64,000 nucleotides of DNA from the human T2T-CHM13v2.0 reference genome, Homo sapiens: assembly GCF_009914755.1 (NCBI RefSeq), contig NC_060925.1; one strand, given 5' to 3'. Shown in pieces: positions 54,696-64,000 of this stretch. The position numbers and the translations under genes were made by a program. Numbering within the stretch: the first letter of the stretch is position 1; the number at the start of each line of letters is the position of its first letter. The notes beneath the pieces are model-generated. The model searched no databases. It had not been told where the DNA came from and saw only the letters and a list, made by a program, of their open reading frames with translations.

Positions 54696-57600
54696 AAACC
54701 ATATCACAGGGGGTAATGCTGTCAGACAACGTATTTCTATTTCACTAGTAAAATTTCTTTGGAATAACAGATTTGGCAGTGAATATAAACATAGCAAACA
54801 TTAGACCTGATGCTCTGGACCCCAACTCTTGCACAAGCCTCTGACTGTGGAGTTTTATTTGAAAGGATGAAAATGAGCAGCACATTGCAGGGACTGGGAC
54901 AGTATCATGTCACCGCCAAAGATGTTGACAAACAGACATTCCGTCATTCCAGTCCCACCACTTACAGGCTGTCTGGCCTTGAAAATTTCTCCCTCTCTCT
55001 TTGAATGTGTCTCTTTCTCCATCAAATGTGTAGAAGGATAATCTCAATCTTCAGGTAAAAATGCTGAGCCCAAAGCATGGGGCATAATAAACCCTCCATA
55101 AATGTTGGCTACTTTTGTTGACATTCAAAGACAACAGGCATAATCAGGAAAACAGTTGAGGCCACAGGGGATAACTCAGCCCTGTGCCAACCACTCCCTC
55201 TGCCAGGACACAAGCTTCACATCCACCCCAGGAAGAATTAAGAGCAAGTCCTGCTGACTCTGCCTCCAGGACGTCCCTATGCTGTCCATGGCCACTCAAG
55301 TGGACACCAGGACCTCCTGTCTGGACAGTGCAAGAATCTTCTGAAGCGTGTCCCTGCCCTCTGGTTGTCCCCTCAGGGAACACGGTCCTCTCAGCCACCT
55401 CGGGGATGTGGAAGATAGGCTTCAAGTGGCCTCACAACCCTAATCCCAAACTGCCAATGACCCCTGAGTCACCCTTGCCCCTGGCTGCACCTCTCCAGTC
55501 TCATCTCCCTGAGCCAATTCACAACCTGCCAGTTCAGACACTGGTCTTCTCATTCTCTCTGTGTTTCCCCTAAAGCACGTGAACTAGTCATTTTGTCCTT
55601 CTTGCTGGGGTCTGAGTCACTGGGCAGTCAAGGCCAAATGCTGGATCAATGAGACAGGAGGAGGCCAATGACTCCAGGCCCCATGTGAGTGAAAGGGAGG
55701 CTTTTATGAACTGGGTGCTATGGGAGAACCGCAGGCCCAGTGGGCATCCCTACAATGACCTCATGGTGTTTACATGTTTATGTGTGTGTGTGGTCAGCTA
55801 GGAAGTCACAGCTCTCCAGCATGGCTCCATGGCACAGAAAAGTAAAATATCCCATGTCTCTAGCAGGGCAAGTTTCCCGTGAGTCCAGCAAGAAGGCATG
55901 GGATCTGTGGAAAGGAGGCCTCTGGGAAAAACCCCACCTTTGAGGATAATGTTAAAAGCTGAACTTGAGACCCTGAGAATCCTATGTCCTTCCCACTCCC
56001 CGCAGGGCTTCTCTTGATCCGGCCCTGACTCCCGGATGCAGAAGCCCAGGGAGGAGCTGGGAGACAGGGAAACTTGCTGGGACGCTCCATGCATTTGTCT
56101 CCAAGAGGGTCCCCAAACCCAGGTGCCTGCAGCATCAGGGAGGCTCAGAGTTCCTCTGTCTGCCTGAAGGAAGCCTCATTTGCATGGATCCATGTAAGTT
56201 CTGAGATTCCTTCCCACACGTGGCCACCTGCAGGTGCCCCATAAATTCATCTTCCCAAGAAGAGCCAATGGGGATAGGCGAGGACCCCAAACCTGCTCCC
56301 AACCCCACATCCACAGGACAGAGAGGGATCACCTGAAGCACAGGCCAGGGGGTGAGTCCTGACCCCACTGTCTCCTCCTAATCCCAGAGGGCAGTGGAGT
56401 GGCCACAGGCACCCCACCAACTCCTCCTGTACCCCAAGCCCAAGATGAACAAACTTCCCGACTCACTGGCCTATCCCAACTTAAAAAAAAGCAGGACAAC
56501 TCTCCCAGGTGGAGAAGACACCAGCTGCCTCTGCGGTGCTGAGCCCAGGAGGAAGATGATCACTGTTCAAACTGCCTTGGCAAGTTGTTTCAAAGAAATA
56601 AAACCCTTGGCTTCTCAGTGCTTTGAGTCACATTGCACTTAGTAAATGTTCGTTTTACTAATGTTTTTCACTTCCCTGTATATTTATATTCAGCAGTGAG
56701 AGACCTCTTCATATTCCAACAAAAAGTGATTAAAGGATTTGGGACACCTGTGATTATCCCCATGGGTTATTATGATCGCTCTGCACCGCGCAGCCTGCAG
56801 AGTTATTTTTCTGACCGGGATTGCAGTGCTGAGCCTGGTGTCCTCTGCTGAGTTCATTTTCCAGCTTCCTTGCATTTTATTCATCTTCCCTGGTAGCACC
56901 CGGAATTGCAGGAAGCAATCCCTGGTGCTCAGTGAAGGTCTTTGAATGAATCAAGGGGAGAGGAGTCAGGGGGAGGCAGAGGGTGTGGGAGGAGTCACAT
57001 GTGCCAGAATCTTCTCTTCAGACATGTCACAGAGAGTCCCCTCCAGGCACTCTTGTTGGGCCTCAGTGCTGGACATTGGAGGACTTTTCTGACTGAGGAT
57101 CATTGTGCCCTCTCTGGATCCACTGGAAAGCTCTGGGCAGCCATGTGAGCCTTGGTTTGACTTCCATCCTCCATGATTTTCCCTTTGCTTGTCAGAGGAG
57201 GTTTGGAATAACTTGGATGTCAGGGACTCTGAGCCAGACCCCATTCTTTTTCATTCCCTCCTGAAAAGCCCAGTCCTCACCGTCCCATAAGGCTCTGACC
57301 AGTGAAAAGATGGAGCTGCACGATTTCCAAAGAGAATCCTTTCCTTGGCCTCAAGCCACAGCTGCTTCCTTCTGACCTGCTGCTTGTCTTTGGATCCAGG
57401 ATGGACACTCGCCACCCGCTCTTCCTCTCCTGGGACTCCCCACTCTCCTGACTCTGTGCCCCTGGGGCAGGATGGGGCAGCCACTAAAACCTCATGCAGA
57501 CCAGGGCACATAAAGTGTCTTGGGAACTCACAGACCCAAGTCCAAGCCCCAGTGCCCCACGGTCTCAGACACAAGTCCCTGCCTTTCAGAGACACAGCTC

Positions 57601-58789
57601 TATGAGAGCCAGAGAACCTGGCTGCCTGCTCTGCTGCCACCTCCCTCCTTCCCCTTTATTTCAGCCCCATCAGCTCCTCTGATCACTCCCCTTCTTGGCC
57701 CCATTCCTACTTTCAGTCCCTCTGGCTCTGTCCAGCCTGGAGTGAGGGTGCAGACCTCCTCCCACCCCAGGCTCTGAGCACCTCCCTCAGCATCAAGTGT
57801 CTGCTTTCAGGGTGACCTTGTCCTCAGACTTGATTGGAGGAAGAAAGAGAGGAAGCCCCTACTTTAGCACACGATGTGCATGAATCTGACCTGGAATCAG
57901 ACCCGGTTGAGGACCAGAGAAGGGCAACAGGGCCAGAACAGAGATTTTGACTCTTAGAAATGCACAGAGGGTGAACAGCTCAGGCTAAGAAGAGACCTGA
58001 CTTGGACAGAAACAGACTGACTGCATTCCAGGTGCAGCCTTGTCAGCTCTAAGGCTGACCCAGGGGAGCCTGGGAAGGGATGGCCCCTGCACCGAGACAT
58101 TTCCCAGGACCTCTTCTCAGCCTGGCACCCATAGGAAGACCAGAGGACTCAGGTCTCCTTCTGCGTGCCAGGCAGGGTCACCCTCCAGCAGTCCTGTCCC
58201 AGGGGCCTCTTTAGGGCCAGAGCAGCAGCTGAGGAACTCCCTGCTTTATGGCTTCTCATGTTCACCAAAATAGCTCAATAGAATTTTGGGAGAATTCCTC
58301 AATGACTGCTCTGGGGTGAAGGTCTCCCAGCATTGTGGCCATGTTCTGTTGTTCAGGAGATTTGGGCTGAGGTATCCAGGATGCATAAAGAGATACCTGC
58401 CTTGACAGCTCAGTCTGCAGGAGGGAAACAGAAGCTCAGAAATATTCTAGAGACCCTGAGCAAGTGCCTGGGGGAGCTTTGGTATTCTGGTGGAGATTCT
58501 GTGAGTGGAGAAGGGGTCAGGTCATCTTCTCAGAGGGGCTCTGAAGGATGCTCTGAGTTTGACAGCAGATGAGCACCTTGAGAAGAACAGGTGACAGGAC
58601 ATGGTAGAAATGCCCCCAAGTGCGGGATTCTCACTGGGGTCCTGGGGGTGGTGCTGGACCTTCTGAATTGGGCAGGAAGGGAAAGTCTGTCAAACAGTTC
58701 TTTTCAACATTTAGACTATTGAACTCCTTAGGGGATCCTCTGAGCTCCTCACCAGAGGGGTCTGTCCATCATTTGCTGCCTGAACACGG

Positions 58790-58935
58790 GCAGGTTCCTC
58801 TCCCTAGCCAAGTCTCAGGGTCACCACTTTAAAAATGAGGAATATAGCAACATGCCTTAGATTCCTCGTGAGGGAGAGCTGAGATCTTGGATGAATGGTA
58901 CCAGTCCCTGCTGTGCCTTGTGCATGCTCAATCAA
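58790..58935 (+). mobile_element. Diverged MIR-like fragment
   Basis: GTCTCAG...TTTAAAAATGAGGAATATAGCA resembles the MIR core. Confidence 0.35.
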
Positions 58936-59427
58936 CAGAGACACTCAGGATCACCTTTGGTGCTGAGCTCACCCTCAGCCTCAGGCTCACAAAGTGAGGG
59001 CAGGTGAAGTAGAAGCCGCACTGAGCACGTTTCAGTTTAACTCGATTGCACACATAGCAGGGCATTGATAGTGAGGTCAGAAATGTGGAGAAAGAACATT
59101 TACAGAAATATTCCATGATGGAGAACATCCTTCAAAGTACTTCAGTTTTGGAAGCCAGTGGCATCTCCGGGCTGTTTGGGTTTCATATGGAATGGGAGAG
59201 AAAGGCCTGGAGGACTTTCTGGAGGCGGGGGACGTTCTTGCTACTTTGTGCCCTAAAATAGCAGAAGAATGACTGTGTGATCCTGCTTAGGATGGGAGCC
59301 ATCCCTGAACTTAGCAGATCTTTTAACATGAAATAGAGCTTCCAGGTTTTGTTGGGGAAATGTATTGTACATTTGCACACAATACAACCAGATGTGTGCA
59401 CCGTTCTTAAAGACAGGAAGGCTGAGT

Positions 59428-59428
59428 T

Positions 59429-59478
<50 letters not shown>

Positions 59479-59590
59479 TCATTTCCTTCCCTCCCTCCCT
59501 CCCTCCCTCCCTCCCTCCCTCCCTCCTTCCCTCCCTCCCTCCCTCCCTTCCTTCCTTCCTTCCTTCCTCCCTCCCTTCCTTCCTTCCATC
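59428..59590. repeat. Compound (CT)(CTTT)(CCCT)(CCTT) microsatellite
   Basis: Directly visible. Confidence 0.95.
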
Positions 59591-60359
59591 CTCTGGCATC
59601 TGCCCCAGCTCACATTCTCAGATTCCATCTTCCCAGGCTGATTTTCCAAGGCGAGCCCATCATTTTTGGGAGTAAACACGCTTTCCCTTGTAGTAGAGGC
59701 CAAGACTGTATCTGCCTCCTCTGCCCTCAAAGACAATGTTGTGTTTGAAGAGTCTGCACTGTCTCTTTTGTAATTATTCCCTTTTTAATTTTTAAACTCA
59801 ATCTAGACAGAGTCTTTCAATCCTTCTGTGGAGATGCCCACAAAATACCCACCATGTTTTATGCTGTCTTGGTTCCTTCCCAGGGTTCTACTAGAACACC
59901 CGGTCCCATCCTGCCCAGCCGCCACCTCACTTTGTCATTCTGTCCTGATTTCCTTCAGTGAAGCCTTGACCTTAGTCTTGTGATCAATCACACCCTCCGT
60001 GGTTCCCTTTTCAACCTGAACCCACATATGACCTGCCCTGTTATAAAACATAAAACCCAGGTGACCATTGGATAAAGGAGCTTTTTAATCCGTTTTCTTA
60101 GGGTGGACATCACTGTCTTTTTAAAGCTGTTTTAACTGTCTTAACGAAACGTTTTGATAATTTCGATGTGGCCACAGATTTTCCCATAAAGATATCATCA
60201 GGTTTTGTTTTTTCTTTCTAATGTCAGGAACAGATTAAACCTTCCATGTCTCTATGAAGGTCACATACTAGTCAAATTTCATCAGTGTTTGGGGAATAAA
60301 TGAATTAATGAGTTTTGGACTTTCACCCTGTTATTTATTCTTTCACTTTCATAAATGCA

Positions 60360-60507
60360 CATCTAATTTAATCAATGAATCAGAAGAAAGTGTAAAACTC
60401 AATCAGGACTAACTAGGTGGAACTTCGGAATCTAATCAGGTATCACTTTCTGATTGGAAGCTGGTGATTGAGAAGGGGAGGGTGTGGTTAGAAACATCAA
60501 TAAAAGC
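60360..60507 (+). promoter_or_regulatory. PRAMEF7 promoter with a consensus DUX4 motif
   Basis: TAATTTAATCA 60364-60374 (full match to TAAYYBAATCA), AAACTCAATCA 60395-60405, GAATCTAATCA 60428-60438, AATAAAA at the TATA position 60499-60505. Confidence 0.72.
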
Positions 60508-60532
60508 TCCTGAGTTTGCAAAGGAGAGACCC

Positions 60533-60606
60533 AAAGCCCTGGTGCCTGGAACTACTGCTTGATTCTCTGAGAGATCCCAGCACCCTACAAACTGAGTCCA
60601 GATCTG
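60533..60606 (+). other. PRAMEF7: PRAMEF7 putative non-coding exon 1 (start approximate)
   Basis: Donor CTG|GTAAGT at 60606/60607, homologous to PRAMEF2 exon 1. Confidence 0.6.
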
Positions 60607-61611
60607 GTAAGTCACCACCTCCTTAGGAACATGCCCATCTGATCTGCAGCCAGCCAGTCAGGGATGGTGACACACAGCCCAAAGTGGCACAGAGAATTTC
60701 CTGTCTGTTTTTTCAATTTAACAGATGTAGGTTTTGATTTTTCCTCTAAATATAGTATTCACTTCATCCCTCAAATTTTGATTTCTGCTTCATTTTTCTC
60801 ATTTCAAAATTCTTATTGAAGCAGTTTTTTAAAAAAGATATTAAAAATTTACAGTTGGATGAATTTTTATGTCTTGACATGTGAAGTTATTTGTTTCTGT
60901 GCCCTTCAGCTACAGTTCACACACTTAGTTGTATTGTGATTTTCTCGAGTCTTGTTCTGAACATGGGATTTATCTCTGCCCTTAGACTCTGTCCCTAAGT
61001 GGGTGATTGTGAGTATGTAGAAGGGATGAGTATTGGATCCTTCATCTGAGACTTAGTGTTTCCACCCGCACCTTCCAAGTGCTCTAGAATACTGCCACAC
61101 TGCTTTTATAGTTTCTCTTATAATTTTTCAAAATAAAAACAAGTGGCATTGATTTTAAGGAGTCACTTCAGTCTTCCCCAAGCATGCTAATTGTGTAAAC
61201 TGAGAATGCAGGCTGTGTGGGGCCACAGGACAGTCATTCTCATTGTTTTTGGGTGGTAAGTAACAAAAAAATTTCCCTCAAAAAGGTGGAGCTTAGCTTT
61301 CAGGATCCTGAGTGACAGATCCCAGTAATCCTGAGTTTCAGTGGAGCAATGTATAGAAATTAATGGGCCACTGGCCACCTCGTCCCCTCCTTGGTGTTTG
61401 GAAGACATTCTTTGTGGTAGTCACAGGGGCACAGATACAGATTTGTGGCCACCAAGTGCAGAATGGAACTGGGGGGAATTGAGGGCTTTTCCACCTCCAC
61501 CAGAGCAATGAGATTAGCAATAGGAGAAGATGAGGTGATCATATTTGGCCTGAGAGTGATGCCTTTTCTCTGGATTTGTCCTCTAGAGTTTTCCCTTGCA
61601 GATTCATCAAG

Positions 61612-61898
61612 ATGAGCATCAGGGCCCCACCCAGACTCCTGGAGCTGGCAAGGCAGAGGCTGCTGAGGGACCAGGCCTTGGCCATCTCCACCATGGAGGA
61701 GCTGCCCAGGGAGCTCTTCCCTACACTGTTCATGGAGGCCTTCAGCAGGAGACGCTGTGAAACCCTGAAAACAATGGTGCAGGCCTGGCCTTTCACCCGC
61801 CTCCCTCTAGGGTCCCTGATGAAGTCGCCTCATCTGGAGTCATTAAAATCTGTGCTGGAAGGGGTTGATGTGCTGTTGACCCAAGAGGTTCGCCCCAG
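61612..61898 (+). CDS. PRAMEF7: PRAMEF7 (or near-identical PRAMEF8) coding exon 1
   Basis: [18 protein letters not shown]...QEVRPR; 287 nt; donor GTGAGG; symbol chosen from the gene order PRAMEF2-4-10-7. Confidence 0.85.
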
Positions 61899-62280
61899 GT
61901 GAGGTGACCCAGGTGTCCAGGTGGGGAGGGCCCTTTTGTCCAGGGTAGGGACAGCTGTTTCAGGAGGAGGAGGGGCACCATGGAGGCCCAGAGGTTTCTG
62001 ATGGTGCCAGTGAGGAAGCTCAGGAAGGCCTTGGCCATTGCCCAGCCCCTCTGGGAAAGGACTGCTCACCATGCAGGGTCCACTGAGGAAACAGAAACTT
62101 CTCTTCTAGTGGCTCTGAAAGCTACAGGCAATGGGGATGAGGCAAAATCCGGAGGGAAAAGGGGTTGGACAAAATCAGAGAGGGAAAAGTGGCAGAGAGG
62201 AGAACAGCTGATGTCTGGGATGTAAATAAAAGCTCAGGTCCTTGCCTTAGTTTGGAGCCTCTCTTCTCCTTTACCCACAG

Positions 62281-62856
62281 GCAGTCAAAACTTCAAGTGC
62301 TGGACTTGAGGAATGTGGATGAGAACTTCTGCGACATATTTTCTGGAGCTACTGCATCCTTCCCGGAGGCTCTGAGTCAGAAGCAAACAGCAGATAACTG
62401 TCCAGGGACAGGCAGGCAGCAGCCATTCATGGTGTTCATAGACCTTTGTCTCAAGAACAGGACACTAGATGAATGCCTCACCCACCTCTTAGAGTGGGGC
62501 AAGCAGAGAAAAGGCTTACTGCATGTGTGTTGCAAGGAGCTGCAGGTTTTTGGAATGCCCATCCACAGTATCATAGAGGTCCTGAACATGGTGGAGCTTG
62601 ACTGTATCCAGGAGGTGGAAGTGTGCTGCCCCTGGGAGCTGTCCACTCTTGTGAAGTTTGCCCCTTACCTGGGCCAGATGAGGAATCTCCGCAAACTTGT
62701 TCTCTTCAACATCCGTGCATCTGCCTGCATTCCCCCAGACAACAAGGGGCAGTTCATTGCCCGATTCACCTCTCAGTTCCTCAAGCTGGACTATTTCCAG
62801 AATCTGTCTATGCACTCCGTCTCTTTCCTCGAAGGCCACCTGGACCAGCTGCTCAG
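62281..62856 (+). CDS. PRAMEF7: PRAMEF7 coding exon 2
   Basis: Acceptor acccacAG 62280; QSKLQVLDL...HLDQLLR; donor GTGAGG; 576 nt. Confidence 0.85.
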
Positions 62857-63770
62857 GTGAGGAAGGATGGTGAGCTTTCTCTTCAGACCACAGCAGAGCC
62901 TTTCTTTGTTACAGTAAACACCAGTGGGTATGCACTGTGAGCCTGTGAGGAAGTAAGAGTGAGGGAACACTAGAATATCCATGCATTATCCTGTTGGTGG
63001 CTCTGTCCTGATACGGGTATCACACAACCATCCCAATAAAGTCAGAGGGATCTCCTGGGCTAGATGCTATAGAGAAGGTGCCAAGCTAGGAAGCTAGCTA
63101 CTGCAGGGTTTAGATCTGGCGAGAGTGCATTTGTGAATTCCTCCTGAGGATGTGTGTCTAAGTTAAGATGATGGGAAATAGGGAGGTGAAGAGGGCACTA
63201 AAGAGAATGCCCATCCCACTCCTATATTTTAAAATATGAGGTCTATCCTCACCTGCCTAGTGAACAGGCAAAATCCTATGTTTCCCTGTCAGCACCCTGT
63301 TTTGAGCTCCAGGTCAGGTAATTAATGTATGGGAAATACATGATGATAGAATAGAGGGTGAGGGAGCAGGAGCAAAGAATGGTAAAAGTGATAGATGGTT
63401 TGCTGATGGTACAGGCATGTCAGGGTCCCCTGCAACCTGGCCAACCCAGCTGATGTTGCAGGATCCTGCCTGGGTTTGTCATTTATGCCTGTGTCTCCAT
63501 CGGGCTCCTGTGGCCCAGAGATGTGGTTTTCTACCTGACAGATGAGGAAAGGGAGACTTAGAGTTCATGGACTTGATCCAATCACCTCGGTGATGGTGAA
63601 GGACTGAGCCTCGATTGGGACTGCACTGAAGGAACAGAGTCTCCATTCCCACACCCCAGGTGCTGACTATCCTCAGATGAGCAGAGCAGCCCTGGGTTAT
63701 GGAGAGCATCATCTCTCACCCTGAAGTCATCCCCACCTCTCTCCTCTAACTCCTTCTTGTTCTCTCCCAG

Positions 63771-64000
63771 GTGTCTCCAGGCCTCCTTGGAGATGGTCGT
63801 TATGACCGACTGCCTGCTGTCAGAGTCGGACTTGAAGCATCTCTCTTGGTGCCCGAGCATCCGTCAATTAAAGGAGCTGGACCTGAGGGGTGTCACGCTG
63901 ACCCATTTCAGCCCTGAGCCCCTCACAGGTCTGCTGGAGCAAGTTGTGGCCACCCTGCAGACCCTGGACTTAGAGGACTGTGGGATCATGGATTCCCAAC
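63771..64000 (+). CDS. PRAMEF7: PRAMEF7 coding exon 3 (runs off the window)
   Basis: Acceptor tctctcccAG 63770; [25 protein letters not shown]...DCGIMDSQ open to the window end. Confidence 0.85.

Noticed and set aside
54700-59400. Non-repetitive-looking stretch with short ORFs, e.g. 56633-56851 after a possible acceptor
   Set aside because: No recognisable protein family or exon chain; BLAST and conservation data would be needed

Overview
Human (primate) genomic DNA from the PRAMEF (PRAME-family) segmental-duplication cluster, inferred from the proteins to be 1p36.21. It holds four 4-exon PRAMEF genes (non-coding exon 1, three coding exons): PRAMEF2 (+, intact, 474 aa), PRAMEF4 (-, intact, 478 aa), PRAMEF10 (-, intact, 474 aa) and PRAMEF7/8 (+, last exon cut by the window end). 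Splice sites and frames were checked by hand. The rest is dense repeat: two near-full-length dead L1PA elements in inverted orientation flanking the two minus-strand genes, an SVA nested in an Alu, a MER52 LTR, other ERV1 LTR and gag-pro remnants, old L1 and MIR pieces, roughly 40 Alus or fragments, and pyrimidine microsatellites. I see no wholly new gene system. The most interesting structure is (1) a 2x2 shuffle of two promoter types with two coding types across the four genes, (2) DUX4-like motif clusters at every promoter plus an extra copy of that module in intron 1 of two genes, (3) a polyadenylated LTR12/ERV9 fragment retroposed into an L1, (4) a twin-primed L1 nested in a chimeric L1, and (5) a 50-bp copy of exon 3 templated into a PRAMEF10 intron. 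Repeat subfamily names come from memory of consensus sequences, and repeat boundaries without TSDs are approximate.
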